Source: Candidatus Saccharimonadia bacterium
Lineage (GTDB): Bacteria > Patescibacteriota > Saccharimonadia > UBA4664
Length of the DNA stretch: 64,000 bases
Direction of reading: 5' to 3'
NCBI GenBank assembly: GCA_041743505.1
Contig: JBGTMQ010000008.1
Coordinates: forward strand, 69,183-133,182
Under the pieces are notes generated by a model. That model did not search any database and was not told the origin of the DNA. It was given only the letters and a program-made list of their open reading frames with translations. The translations under genes were made by a program, and so were the position numbers. Positions 52,101-60,857 of this stretch are shown here, one piece after another (the stretch's first letter is position 1; the number at the start of each line of letters is the position of its first letter).

Positions 52101-53166
52101 AACCTCAAGATTCGTTGCAGGCCTCAGTACAAGCTCAACCTGGTATGGTTTCACAGGTGCCAGTAGTGCGCCCGCCTTTACTCGAAATGCCAATTGGGAT
52201 ATTACAGAGAAGTATATGTCGCTCCCTGGCGGCGTACTATTAACCGTACGTCCCGGCCAAACTGGTGATAACCAAAAAGTATTCTCACTTCCCAACACTC
52301 ATGGTGATGTGATGGCTACCACCAACACGAGCGGCAACCAAACTGGTACGTTTAGCTACGATCCGTTTGGACAGACCCTAAGCTCAAGCATACCCGACAA
52401 TGCAGCAGGAGATGTCTCATTTGCTTGGGTTGGCCAACATCAAAAAGCCACTGAAGCAGATTTGGCGCTTAGGCCGATCCAGATGGGAGCTAGGGTGTAC
52501 ATTCCTTCACTTGGGAGATTCTCGAGCACAGACTCTGTAGAGGGTGGTGCCGAGAACGCCTATGTCTACCCTCCCGATCCAATTAATCTGTACGATATCG
52601 ATGGGAAGAACACGGCAGAGGAGGCCCTGGATGGTATAGGCGCCAGCGCAAATAGTGTTGGCTGGAAACTCGACGCACTCATGGTGGCCGTAGGTGTCGC
52701 ATGTGTAGCCAGCGGAGTCGGGGTAGTCATTTGTGGCGTAGGAGCCGCAACCGGTCTAGTTGTAACGACGGCTCAAGCATACAACAAGCACAATCGAGAT
52801 CCTGGCGCTGCAGCTGGAGAATTATTTCTATCAAGTATTTTCTGGGCAGCAGGTGGACCAATAGCTAAAAACATTGCTAAAATCAGCATCTCCTACATTG
52901 CTCCTGTCATTGCGCAGCGAGTAAAGCAGGTGGCGCCCGCAACGCCAATACGTGCAATTAATCGAACAGTGGCTACTGCAAAGCAGACTATACGGAACTC
53001 AATAGGTTATGCTGCAACCCTGTACGATGCGGCACGCCATATACCAGCTGCAAATCGGAACTATAATTATGGTGGAACACCCTATATGACAAGCCCATGG
53101 AGCGGGTATGCGGAGGTAAAAGAAATGATTCTGAAACACTTGGCTAATACGTGGAGAAGGGTATAA
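46102..53166 (+). CDS. Large RHS/YD-repeat protein with three PA14 domains and a C-terminal putative toxin domain
   Basis: N-terminal TM segment; PA14 motifs [24 protein letters not shown]; YD..GR repeats; RHS core YDPFG, MGARVY.P.LGRF...[16 protein letters not shown], then a ~185-aa tip. Confidence 0.92.
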   Translation: MFRLRSVRRLVRQSSMAASRLLSIKLIAALKEHKFKQPVIHLSTNPFRAILTRNTLNILAVGVFFLNITAIGIPGLMAQWQEKEARTPQALQATDNDFAAAADGASTSNKALKLDKAVTDELDKTREELIHGKAKKNPKRVKMLEEDRDVNSRVFLNDDGSKTLEKSTSATSYRDSLGKWKDVDVSLEKDSVKNEWSTKSNSWKATFKEANAETAVELSRGAQTVRIAPVGGQKVKPTVTGNAPKQLVTYKNVWPDVDLRYVVNGSSVKESIWIKAPTQQTEFQFSVKGGNLSPKPGETGRYSLDGELSDFTLTRSFVATADQGIVGDDGYITQDVKQNSIILKLNPEWIKQQPAKAYPVVIDPSFTSYTTAQNHMSFKSDGWSCNALDCGIGTGYTGSHQWRSIAWFPYDTLGQAPTKHLTSAQLYLEMVDPGVISYPGTYDPRTISVYKGQRGSNGHYNINSGVTDYGMGSGSIGYNGTIDVTTIYRNAIANADWGMHLFFVGDESQYSYKFKTYPDAKVTFTYTHSPGAATLEAPTDKASVVTSQPVLKASTATDPDGDPVRYRFKVATSPDAEGGTVVNSGWLDTPQWTAPDGSLQDGMTYYWKVQTWDGLYINSFGTAGSWSTSSIRSFRVDMRKGKDNTQAYDAVGPINVDLATGNLTTGTKSHSIAALGGSLGVNLDYNSPQRSRPGLIGKYWNNPTQAATFPSSSTAASVERVDGVVDFNWGSGSPEPATVTTDNFLVRWSGYFVAPQAGTYQFGTTSDDGVRIYINDLNTAYVDQWSTSPSNIYGASVTLAAGQVIPVKYEYREVGGLANTKFLVKTTDSSITAQPIPTSWLQTGTRSVAVEHGLTGRYFAYTGDNPPASPSDSDPSLFLKRTDSSPSFYWNSAAPVSGGPTDRFLVRWTGYYTPDVTDSYRFRIAADDGVRMWVNNLITNTQVINDWADNPGTREQATPISLTAGQSYPVTIEYYEHIGSAIFDLQYKGSDGISKAVPSKLLSPKVQTLPDGWTLGGDIKGDLPYDFAHIGANSAVLQDTNGESHEYKWTGASYISPPNEDGQLTRNDDGTLTLQAGDGRTYIFGTDGKLLSSTLPADDKNPAAVQYEYGLTPSRLTKIKDGINLNRYAELIYAGDSRCPSAPSGFVGANGTMLCAVVTTDGSTTTPTDANITKFFYSADTGGNKRLARVVSPGAETSDFSYLTEDINSPNSCSGCLSQIRDAIANDAVAAGERSQDATVMTEIAYDALGRVMSITGPAAQAGIARLAHTYEYQAGHTKLHTTGATEPNGFTRKVTYDSTYRTTEDRDAANVATSTEWDAGKDQVLSLTDGAGLKSTTHYDYADRITDQYGPAPAGWFDMTPGTNYNKPSSGYINQIPRKQASYDEGINGLAASYYTYSTSSKALTGAPKGHQTGIGGTGGDVNKNWAGTAPFTTSSPWGARLTGDILLGATGNYTFRIASDDGVRLWIDDKLVINDWADGSYRSHTQLTGVTVNNDTANKYHRIRLDYYNKSSSESDAQLVLYMTPPGGSEQSGLGSILVPRYGLATTAKNYDSSSSVGDTTIATNYGNNPELALPQSKTVDPGTGTLNLAKTASYETQGATGSYLRQLGTVLPGGSSTSYGYYSATEVKDNPCTTGITETYVQAGMMKLKTQPDPDGAGSQVGRKSESIYDNAGRIVAARYNADSWTCTTYDNRGRVTQVSVPSINGQPGRTITTNWAVGSNPFVTSITDNNGTVTTTSDLLGRTVIYQDSLGTWTDYSYDSQGRLISKDSDMGLEEFVYDSYNRLTAQKLDGTTLAVPTYDAYSRITSVTYPTAGAQALSISRNDHGRTTGLDYTLGNGSTHLTDSITRSQSGKVVGGTELGQTKSYTYDKAGRLTAATIGSNQFTYNFGAPTGCLGAYNADAGKNANRISMSKTVGGVTTSTSYCYDYADRLIQSSDSNAVDPAYDSHGNLINMGTSWNGKYTQFAYDSSDRNIGVLQNWGNDYDIYYNRDVQNRITSRFVAGLSTSSTWYGFTGASSAPAFTRNANWDITEKYMSLPGGVLLTVRPGQTGDNQKVFSLPNTHGDVMATTNTSGNQTGTFSYDPFGQTLSSSIPDNAAGDVSFAWVGQHQKATEADLALRPIQMGARVYIPSLGRFSSTDSVEGGAENAYVYPPDPINLYDIDGKNTAEEALDGIGASANSVGWKLDALMVAVGVACVASGVGVVICGVGAATGLVVTTAQAYNKHNRDPGAAAGELFLSSIFWAAGGPIAKNIAKISISYIAPVIAQRVKQVAPATPIRAINRTVATAKQTIRNSIGYAATLYDAARHIPAANRNYNYGGTPYMTSPWSGYAEVKEMILKHLANTWRRV

Positions 53167-53484
53167 ATGCGAATCTTTCCGGATAGATCCAGAAACTATA
53201 AAATCAAGGGGTGTGTTTGTGGAGAAACCAATGAGTCACTCAAGGTAAATAAGAACATGTATCATAATACGATCTTTCTATCTCTACTTAGTGTCCCGGT
53301 TATTCTGGGCTTTCCATGGGTAAGCCTGCACACTGATTTAGGTACAAAAGGTATAGTTGCCTGGGGGCTGATTCTAATTGTCTTGGGTTTTTATACATAC
53401 GGTACTACAAAGTTACTTGGTAAAGGCCATTCCTTGTTATGCTCTGTTCGACGAACAATGATTAATTTTGGAGCATTAACCTAG
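53167..53484 (+). CDS. 2-TM CxCG/HxxxC protein, putative cognate immunity
   Basis: Starts immediately after the RHS stop; MRIFPDR...CVCG...TM-TM...GHSLLCSVRR. Confidence 0.75.
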   Translation: MRIFPDRSRNYKIKGCVCGETNESLKVNKNMYHNTIFLSLLSVPVILGFPWVSLHTDLGTKGIVAWGLILIVLGFYTYGTTKLLGKGHSLLCSVRRTMINFGALT

Positions 53485-53504
53485 GCACCAAATAACAGAT
53501 GTGA

Positions 53505-53888
53505 AGCACTGGCTCACACGACAATACGTCCGATGGCGCATTTGTAGGTGAGGCTGGGCTGGGCCTACTATTTCTTGGACTAGGCGGGGAAGGAGCAAAA
53601 CAAATAGCTAAGATAACAATAAAGCCCATCGCAGCCAAAATAGCTCAGACAGCTCGCCAAGTTGCACCAAAGATAACCATAAACAATAAGGTTGTCGCCG
53701 TAAAGCAGCGCATCCAATATACAATTGGATATGGTGCAACAATAACAGATACATTACGTCAGATCTGGCCCAGCAAGCCGGTTTATAACTATGGTGGTAC
53801 GCAGTATATGACAAGTCCTTGGAGCGGCTTAGCGCAAGCAAAGGAAGTCATTATGAAATACTTAGCTAAGGCGTGGAGCGGGGCTTAG
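53505..53888 (+). pseudogene. Orphan RHS C-terminal tip lacking a start codon (not in ORF track)
   Basis: Open frame ending [34 protein letters not shown] versus [37 protein letters not shown]. Confidence 0.85.
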
Positions 53889-53889
53889 A

Positions 53890-54217
53890 ATGCAAATATT
53901 CCCAAATCGCAAAAAAAAAGCAAAGCGTTACTTCATGTATTTGTGGGCGGTCTAACGAAATGCAAAAGATAAATAAAGCGAAATATCACAATATGACCCT
54001 ATTAATCAGTATGGGCCTAGTTGGTTACCTAGGTGCATTAGTGATTTTCCCGATGTTACTGCAGTCGCCCCGAGGTGTTACTACGAGAGGATGGATTGCC
54101 TTCGCCATAGGCACTTGCATGGTAGCGTATCTGATCTTCCTTGTCAGAAAAAATACAAAGCAGGGCCACAAATTACTTTGTTCAATGAGAAAATCCATGT
54201 TTCAGCTTGCGAGTTAG
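53890..54217 (+). CDS. 2-TM CxCG/HxxxC paralog, frameshifted at A9 tract
   Basis: ATG 53890 gives MQIFPNRKK; removing one A from 53911-19 gives ...KQSVTSCICG...GHKLLCSMRK. Confidence 0.75.
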
Positions 54218-54264
54218 CCGAGCACTCCTAAGTGCTCAATGTAGCGAGCACCACTTACACTAAG

Positions 54265-54543
54265 ATGAAAATATTTCCCCTCCCTTTAACGAAATATCCT
54301 CTAGACAAGGCGCTCAAAGAGATTAAGTTGTTCTTGGCCATTGGTTATTCAATACTTGCCTTAACGGTGTTCGTAAGCATATTCTTCGCATTGCCTGCGA
54401 TGGTGGTATGCGGTCGTCCGCTCGTATTGTGCTTTAATCCCGCTGTCAAAAAGCATCCAGATGGTAAAAAATACATGACTGCGAGTGTTGTGTTAGCGGT
54501 CCTATCGGTTCTATGCTTTGTGGTGTATCTAATAGTCAAGTAG
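54265..54543 (+). CDS. Small membrane protein starting MKIFP
   Basis: ATG 54265 in the track frame; hydrophobic helices; lacks CxCG. Confidence 0.6.
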   Translation: MKIFPLPLTKYPLDKALKEIKLFLAIGYSILALTVFVSIFFALPAMVVCGRPLVLCFNPAVKKHPDGKKYMTASVVLAVLSVLCFVVYLIVK

Positions 54544-54593
54544 CATTCTCCGCACACTACTTACATTTATATAAAGTTTAAGCAGCTGATAAC

Positions 54594-54914
54594 ATGAAAT
54601 TTTTCCCAGACCGTTCAAAAAAATATAAGCTAAAAAAATGTGTATGCGGGAAAGAAACCGAAAATGTCAAAGTTAACAGGAGCATATATCATAACGTAAT
54701 TCTATTTACGATAATTGGCGTTTTCGGTTTCCTTCTCTTGACCGTAATCAGTTTCTATACTCCGTTGCCTACTGATTCATGGATTGCCTGGCTGATTATG
54801 GCAGCAATACTTAGCTATGATGGATGGCAACTGTGGGTTAATACCCAACAGGGACATAATTTATGGTGCGCACTGAGAAGGGTCATGATAAGTGTTGCAG
54901 GAGCTAAAGACTAG
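54594..54914 (+). CDS. 2-TM CxCG/HxxxC paralog
   Basis: MKFFPDR...CVCG...TM-TM...GHNLWCALRR. Confidence 0.8.
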   Translation: MKFFPDRSKKYKLKKCVCGKETENVKVNRSIYHNVILFTIIGVFGFLLLTVISFYTPLPTDSWIAWLIMAAILSYDGWQLWVNTQQGHNLWCALRRVMISVAGAKD

Positions 54915-54994
54915 AAAGACTCACAGAATACTTGAGCTTACAGCTATGATAATATTTTCTCATGCTTGCCAGACATCGAAATAACTAGCTCGAC

Positions 54995-55420
54995 ATGAAT
55001 AGCCCTGAAATTCTTGGCTGGATTATTTTTTGGCTTGGAACGTTGTTATTCACGGTCTTCTGTATTTATATTGCACTTCGAATAAAGGGTAACAAAGATC
55101 GTGAGTACACCGTTCGCCCCTGTATTTGCGGTCGCCGCGCCCCCTCAATCAGTTTATTCGCAGGCAATGGTTCAGGCTGGGCCGGATTCATCATTCTATA
55201 TAGCCTAATGGCGATATTACCCGCATTGTATATCGTAGACGCAACGAGTTTTATGCTGATTGAGATCCCCTGGTATTTATGGTTATCCTTGGCCCTATAC
55301 CTGTCAGGAGGTCTTGTCCCCCTTATTAAGTTCATCACTTGGGGCCATTCGCTATTGTGCGCATTACGCCGGGGACTTCTTGGCCTCGTATGGTTTTTTC
55401 ATTACAGCCACAAACACTAG
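54995..55420 (+). CDS. CxCG/HxxxC paralog with an extra N-terminal TM
   Basis: TM, then CICG...TM-TM...GHSLLCALRR. Confidence 0.78.
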   Translation: MNSPEILGWIIFWLGTLLFTVFCIYIALRIKGNKDREYTVRPCICGRRAPSISLFAGNGSGWAGFIILYSLMAILPALYIVDATSFMLIEIPWYLWLSLALYLSGGLVPLIKFITWGHSLLCALRRGLLGLVWFFHYSHKH

Positions 55421-55447
55421 ATCCAATAGCCTTTGCGCTGTATCTAG

Positions 55448-55741
55448 CAGCCAAGTACACATTCGCGTGCCTGTACATGCGGCATATCAAAGGAAAAGCT
55501 TCAACGAAACCGGGCAATACTGGTGTTACAAAGTGGCTTGTTTATTATTGCTCTTCCAATAATACTTTCGCTGCTTATCTTTCTCGACTGGAGAGAAATG
55601 CTAAGTAAACTTTGGTTCGCCTACATATTCACGGCCGGGGAAGTCATTGCGCTCGTAATAATCGCTAGACGCTATCGACGCAAGCGTCATGGAACAATCT
55701 GCGCGCTACGCCGCGCACTTATCGCTATGTCGCCCAGATAA
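55448..55741 (+). pseudogene. 5'-truncated CxCG/HxxxC paralog
   Basis: Frame of track ORF 55523 extends upstream to QPSTHSRACTCGISKEK; ends RHGTICALRR; in-frame TAG at 55445 and no start before CTCG. Confidence 0.65.
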
Positions 55742-55810
55742 GCTTTCCTTTATATCCATATAATGGTAAAGTAGCTTATCCTTCCCGTTCATGTCCGAAA
55801 GGGGCGGAAG

Positions 55811-57097
55811 GTGGATGACTCCGCAACGACCGAACTCATTCGGTTAAACGCACTATGCGGCAAAAATATTGGTGCCTACATGAACCAAGTCCGCCGCATC
55901 CCATTCCTCATCCCTCAACTACAACAGGACCTAGCCACCATAGCCCAGGAAGGAGTTGAGGCCGAGGAAAGCCTGGAGAAGTGCCTCAAGGGCAAGCGCA
56001 CATTGACATCAGCCCAACGAAAAAGCCAATGGTACACTCGGCTTCAACGCCAAATCATCGCAGGCAAAGAGGCCCAAATCCGCCTGGTCTACCATAATCT
56101 GCGCTTCGCAGCCTACTTTGCCCGCCATTCCATGGGCTGGAAACAGCATTCCGATGATGAGTTCATTACTGAGCTGAACTTTGGAAAACCACGTGGTGGA
56201 GCGCCGCTACACACCCTGGATATGTTTGCGGGCAATTCATTGCCCCTGGAAGATAGGATACAGGTAGGCAATCTGTCGCTCATCAAGTCAGCCGGCAAGT
56301 ATCAACCATATTGCGGCGAGAGGATAGACCCGGTCACCGGAGCAAAAACCACCAAGCCCATCGCCAAATTCACGACCTATGCCGCCCATAACCTCTACGA
56401 TATGCTCCACCGGGCGTTTATGGTCGAAAAGTACCGTGACGGGCTATCACTCAGCTTGGCCAGAAGTATGCACCAAATGCAGGCAGCACGTAAAAAGCTC
56501 CGACGGCTCACAGGCTACGAGCCGTCCATCAATGAACTGGTGGACGACACCGATCTTGGTTACAAAGCCGTCGAATTTCGTCTCGAGGAGGAATTTGGAT
56601 GTCCCAACACCACGCTGGAAGAGCTAGCCACCACCACCTGGGTCCACGACCTCGCCACCAACGCCCGGCTGGGCCTGGCGGACCTGCTCTGGGATGACAC
56701 CATCCTGGACCCGCACGACACGCTCATCGAGCTTGATCTGCTAGATAGCATAGAGCGGGTTCTGGGCACCCTGTCAGAGCGCGAAGCCGGCGTAATTGCC
56801 TTGCGGTTTGGGCTTCGCGATGGCGAGTGCCGGACACTGGATGAGATTGGTTATGTCTATGGCGTAACCCGCGAACGCATCCGCCAAATCTTGGGCCACA
56901 CCATGACATTGCTTCGCCACCCGTCGCGAAGTAATCAATTGCGCAACCACTGGTGTGAGCAAGACCCGCTCGAAGAGCGCGATGAGCGCCGCGAAGCCAA
57001 GGAACGCCGCGACCGTACCATCACGCTCCTCTCGCATCCGCATCTCTACCCGGACACCATTAAGCCAATAGCCAAGCACAGGGCTAAGGCCAAATAG
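55811..57097 (+). CDS. Divergent RpoD-like sigma70 factor
   Basis: Region 1.2 (YMNQVRRIP), region 2 (HNLRF, LEDRIQVGNL, KFTTYA), region 4 (LSEREAGVIALRFGL..RTLDEIG...GVTRERIRQI). Confidence 0.88.
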   Translation: MDDSATTELIRLNALCGKNIGAYMNQVRRIPFLIPQLQQDLATIAQEGVEAEESLEKCLKGKRTLTSAQRKSQWYTRLQRQIIAGKEAQIRLVYHNLRFAAYFARHSMGWKQHSDDEFITELNFGKPRGGAPLHTLDMFAGNSLPLEDRIQVGNLSLIKSAGKYQPYCGERIDPVTGAKTTKPIAKFTTYAAHNLYDMLHRAFMVEKYRDGLSLSLARSMHQMQAARKKLRRLTGYEPSINELVDDTDLGYKAVEFRLEEEFGCPNTTLEELATTTWVHDLATNARLGLADLLWDDTILDPHDTLIELDLLDSIERVLGTLSEREAGVIALRFGLRDGECRTLDEIGYVYGVTRERIRQILGHTMTLLRHPSRSNQLRNHWCEQDPLEERDERREAKERRDRTITLLSHPHLYPDTIKPIAKHRAKAK

Positions 57098-57114
57098 ACC
57101 TTCATCCATGCAAA

Positions 57115-57158
57115 AAATAGCCGCTCTCCAGGACATTACGTCTTGAAGTGCGGCTTTT
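57115..57158. terminator. Bidirectional terminator-like hairpin between convergent genes
   Basis: AGCCGC...CAGGAC-atta(c)-GTCTTG...GCGGCT flanked by an A-run and a T-run. Confidence 0.55.
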
Positions 57159-57207
57159 CAATTAATAAAGTGGCCCTCACTGGTTGCGAGACCCCACTTG
57201 ACGGAAC

Positions 57208-58104
57208 CTAATCAACGCTCTCTTCGTCATCGATATCGGTACCGTTATCTCCAGTTTGCCCATTATCAGGAGCACAGGCTGTTAGCCGCAAGCGGCGGCG
57301 CGCAAACTTGGCCTCAAGCATCTCACGAGTCTGGAAGAACTTATTGCCATGCCAAATCTCCGCCAGCGACGTATCCTGCACATTACCCACCGTCAACCAG
57401 CGCGAGAACACGCACGGCAGAACATTACCGGTACGGGTGATAGCCACCACGCTCTTAACGCAATGCCCACAGAGCTCGTCGGTAGTAGCACACAGGCTGC
57501 GCTCTCCGCGCCCCACCTGCCGCAAATGATCCATCCGGATAGACTTCTCGAACACCCCCAGAGACATGAGATCCCTGCGGGCGCCGGCACAATCCTGGCC
57601 ATTGCCCGAATCAACAATCCCAACCCGCAGCCGGATATCCCGGCGAAGTGCCTCAATAATATTATCTCTAGTCCGCCCATGGCTGCCACGCCGCTTGGTG
57701 ATAGCGTCATGCTCAGTGGCAATGCTCGAATGATAGCTCGTAGCAACCCTCACGCCCGGGAGCGAGAAAACCTCCCACACCTCCGGCTCGACGAACATAA
57801 GGTTGGTGTAAACCTCTACCTTGAGCTCACACGAAAGTGCGTAACGAATCAAAGACGACAGGGAAGGATGTAGTGTCGCTTCACCCCCAATGAACTGCAC
57901 CATATCGGCGCCAAGTACCTTAACGTCACGAATCACCCGCCGCCAGTCGTCATCCGACATGCTACCGTGATTGCCACGAGGGCCAGCGTTCAGGTAGCAG
58001 ATAGTACACTCTTCGTTGCACTTGTCGGTAATCTCAAGCCACGCGAACTTGAGTCCCGTGCTTGCCGTCTGCGACCTTGCTTCTTCTGCTACCAGTGCAG
58101 TCAT
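57208..58104 (-). CDS. Radical SAM/SPASM-domain protein
   Basis: WLEITDKCNEECTIC (CxxxCxxC), FIGGE, LCGHC...GNVLPC...VGNV; probable start ATG 58104 after AGGA. Confidence 0.9.
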   Translation of the reverse strand: MTALVAEEARSQTASTGLKFAWLEITDKCNEECTICYLNAGPRGNHGSMSDDDWRRVIRDVKVLGADMVQFIGGEATLHPSLSSLIRYALSCELKVEVYTNLMFVEPEVWEVFSLPGVRVATSYHSSIATEHDAITKRRGSHGRTRDNIIEALRRDIRLRVGIVDSGNGQDCAGARRDLMSLGVFEKSIRMDHLRQVGRGERSLCATTDELCGHCVKSVVAITRTGNVLPCVFSRWLTVGNVQDTSLAEIWHGNKFFQTREMLEAKFARRRLRLTACAPDNGQTGDNGTDIDDEESVD

Positions 58105-58256
58105 AGCGGTCCTGCTTCCTATTGGGATGGATAGAACACAATGCCGGCCCATGCCCTGGAGTAGGCAATATATGCGCCGGCATAACGATAAGTATACATT
58201 AAAGTGTCAATATGTTCTAGAATGCGCTAGAAAATATAATAGCGTAAACTTACATA

Positions 58257-59645
58257 ATGAAGCATGATTTTTTTAACGACCTCGACTCATATATTCAAGA
58301 CACACGCCCAGGGTTCGAAAAACAATTAGCCGAATTGGTCGCCATTCCCACCGTCAGCACCGATCCGGACCACGCTGCCGATATTATACTTGGCGCACAA
58401 CTTGCCGTCACTTATCTCACTAGAATCGGATTCACCGCCAGAGTTGTGCCCACCGCCGGACACCCGGTAGTAGTTGGCGAGTTAATCGGAGACGCCAGCT
58501 GGCCCACCGTCACTATCTACAACCACCTCGACGTCCAACCGGCCGACCCCGGTGAGTGGCAAACCCCGCCGTTCATGCTCACTACGTCTGACGACAAGTA
58601 CTTTGGCCGCGGCGCCACCGATGACAAAGGGCCGGCCTTAACTGCTCTCATGGCCACAAAATATGCCCACGAACACCAGCTGCCGCTCAATTTTAAATAC
58701 ATCTGGGAATTCGAAGAAGAGAGTGGCAGCACCCATTTCGAAGACTTCATAGTAGCTGAGCGTGCGGCTCTGGACACCGATTCGGTTTTGGTATCGGACA
58801 GTGTCTGGATCTCCGCCGGCCGCGCGGCTATACCATATGGCTTGCGCGGATTGGTTTCGTTCGAATTGAGGCTCCAGACCGGCCGTAGCGACGTCCACTC
58901 CGGTCTGGCCGGCGGCGCAGCTCGCAACCCACTGGGCGAGCTAATGCAAATCATCATCGAATGCTACGACGCCACCACCGGACATGTCAAAGTCCCCGGT
59001 TTCTACGACAGCGTTCAACCCGTCACCGAAGCCGAACTGGACAGCTTTGTCGCTTCGGGCTTCGACGCTAAAGTCTTCGCCAAAGCACATGGTCTCAGCT
59101 CAATGCGCACCGTCGATAACCGTGATCTCGCCAGACGAGTTATGGCTGAGCCAACATTTGAGGTCCATGGCCTGCTTGGCGGCTATACTGGACCGGGTAT
59201 TAAAAACATCATTCCACCTGCCGCCACCGCCAAATTAAGCACCCGGCTCGTACCCGGCCAACATCCAGAGCAAACATTTGATCTAATCAAGAAGTTCATC
59301 AACCAGAAGCACCCAGACGTCGTAGTAAGCCCAGGAGATGCCTGCGAGCCATATCTCGGCGCGTTTGAAGGATCATACACAACTGCCGCCATAAACGCCA
59401 CTAACTATGCCTTCGGCTCCACTCCGGCGTTCATTCGTGAAGGCGGCTCAATCGGTTCCGTGCTGACCATGGCACATCACCTTAAAGCTCCCATAATACT
59501 CCTTGGGCTAAGCCTGCCCAGCCACGGCTACCACTCGGTCAATGAACACTACGACTGGACTCAGGCCTCAGGCGGCATCAAATTGTTCGTCAAGTACTTT
59601 AGTGAGATCGCAGATATTAAGCGCGGCCACATCACGTCGAGCTAG
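58257..59645 (+). CDS. M20 family dipeptidase/deacylase
   Basis: YNHLDVQP, GRGATDDKG, EEESGS, HSG, HSVNE. Confidence 0.93.
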   Translation: MKHDFFNDLDSYIQDTRPGFEKQLAELVAIPTVSTDPDHAADIILGAQLAVTYLTRIGFTARVVPTAGHPVVVGELIGDASWPTVTIYNHLDVQPADPGEWQTPPFMLTTSDDKYFGRGATDDKGPALTALMATKYAHEHQLPLNFKYIWEFEEESGSTHFEDFIVAERAALDTDSVLVSDSVWISAGRAAIPYGLRGLVSFELRLQTGRSDVHSGLAGGAARNPLGELMQIIIECYDATTGHVKVPGFYDSVQPVTEAELDSFVASGFDAKVFAKAHGLSSMRTVDNRDLARRVMAEPTFEVHGLLGGYTGPGIKNIIPPAATAKLSTRLVPGQHPEQTFDLIKKFINQKHPDVVVSPGDACEPYLGAFEGSYTTAAINATNYAFGSTPAFIREGGSIGSVLTMAHHLKAPIILLGLSLPSHGYHSVNEHYDWTQASGGIKLFVKYFSEIADIKRGHITSS

Positions 59646-60817
59646 TATCCAGCCCTCTGTGCCAGGCCCAATGCGTAGTCTGGCCACCATTCGCCGGCCT
59701 TCGGCTCATTGCGACCACACTCGCCGTCAGACTCGCCAGGCGATTTGATCCATAGATACGCATCGACTAACGGAACGCCGGTCTGAGTAGTCGGCTTCGT
59801 ACCCAAAGCACGGCCGGTCGGATTGCACCACTGACCGTCAGTACCTAACCCATTGCGGCTAGTATCGATGACAAAATGCTTGCCTCCAACCAGCGCCGAG
59901 ATCTGGTAGCCATAAACAGTATTCTCGGGGGTAGTAATAAAGTTTGACACATTCAGCGAAAAGCCGTCTGCCGCACCAACGCCGGCCGAGTTCAACCGTG
60001 AAGCCATAGTTACTGGAGTCTGCCAGGTAACATTGCCGGCATCCAAATAAACCGCCGCTTGCTTATTGCGCTTAAGAATCGACGTGGTGTTGCGCAAAAT
60101 ATTATAAACCTCAGTCTGCTGCACAGCACTAAAACACTCGATTTCAGCCAGCGAATCAGGCTCCAAGATATACATGACTGGCTGCTGGCCGGCCGCCACG
60201 GCAACCCGCTCAATCCAGGCCATATAAGCCGCCGTACTACTAGCTCCGCCAGACGAATAACTGCCGCAATCCCGGTTCGGTAAGTTATACAGCACCACCA
60301 CGGGTAGGGCACGGGCTGCCGCAGCTCCTCCAATATACCGGCCCGCCTCTTCATACGGATCCACATTCCAGTCGCCCAGCCACTTGGCCTGCGGCTGACT
60401 CGCCATACGGCGAAGGGTGGCAGCATCACCTACCCGAGCCGCATCCCACACAGCAGCCTGTTGGCTCACACTCGTATTTGGCTCCACATACAGCGGCAAC
60501 TTCAGCAAGGCAGCAATAGCTACCGACGGTTGGGTTACTATCCTGGGTAAATTCGGTACAACCGGGGCTTTAACCGGAACCGGACCGGCAGTTGGCTTGG
60601 GGGTTGGAGTTGGGCTTGGCTTAGGGCTGGGCGTAGGTGACCGCGACGGAATTGGTGTTGGCGAAGCTTCTTCCGTTGACTGCACATGGCTAGTCTGAGT
60701 CGGCTTTTGACGGTTTATAACACTAAGGGTGCCTCCAATACCAAGTATCGCAACCACAATAACGATCGTATGGAAATGGTAGGACACAAGTATGGATTTG
60801 AGCCGCGAACTATGCAT
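59642..60817 (-). CDS. Membrane-anchored GH6 endoglucanase/cellulase
   Basis: N-terminal TM, Pro/Thr linker, YNLPNRDC, ILEPDSL, YLDAG, FSLNVSNF, IDTSRNG, WCNP, WIKSPGESDG. Confidence 0.93.
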   Translation of the reverse strand: MHSSRLKSILVSYHFHTIVIVVAILGIGGTLSVINRQKPTQTSHVQSTEEASPTPIPSRSPTPSPKPSPTPTPKPTAGPVPVKAPVVPNLPRIVTQPSVAIAALLKLPLYVEPNTSVSQQAAVWDAARVGDAATLRRMASQPQAKWLGDWNVDPYEEAGRYIGGAAAARALPVVVLYNLPNRDCGSYSSGGASSTAAYMAWIERVAVAAGQQPVMYILEPDSLAEIECFSAVQQTEVYNILRNTTSILKRNKQAAVYLDAGNVTWQTPVTMASRLNSAGVGAADGFSLNVSNFITTPENTVYGYQISALVGGKHFVIDTSRNGLGTDGQWCNPTGRALGTKPTTQTGVPLVDAYLWIKSPGESDGECGRNEPKAGEWWPDYALGLAQRAGY

Positions 60818-60857
60818 AGCGTTCCCTAGCGAGCATTACCGCTTAATATAGTACCAT

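Noticed and set aside
53608-53841. 77-aa minus-strand ORF after the first immunity-like gene
   Set aside because: It is the antisense of the orphan RHS tip on the + strand.
44000-57100. Prophage, IS or integrase-mediated island
   Set aside because: No integrase, transposase, phage structural gene or att duplication recognised.
60585-60665. Low-complexity GGGTTGG/GGGCTTGG repeats
   Set aside because: Encode the Pro/Thr linker of the GH6 protein; not a separate repeat element.
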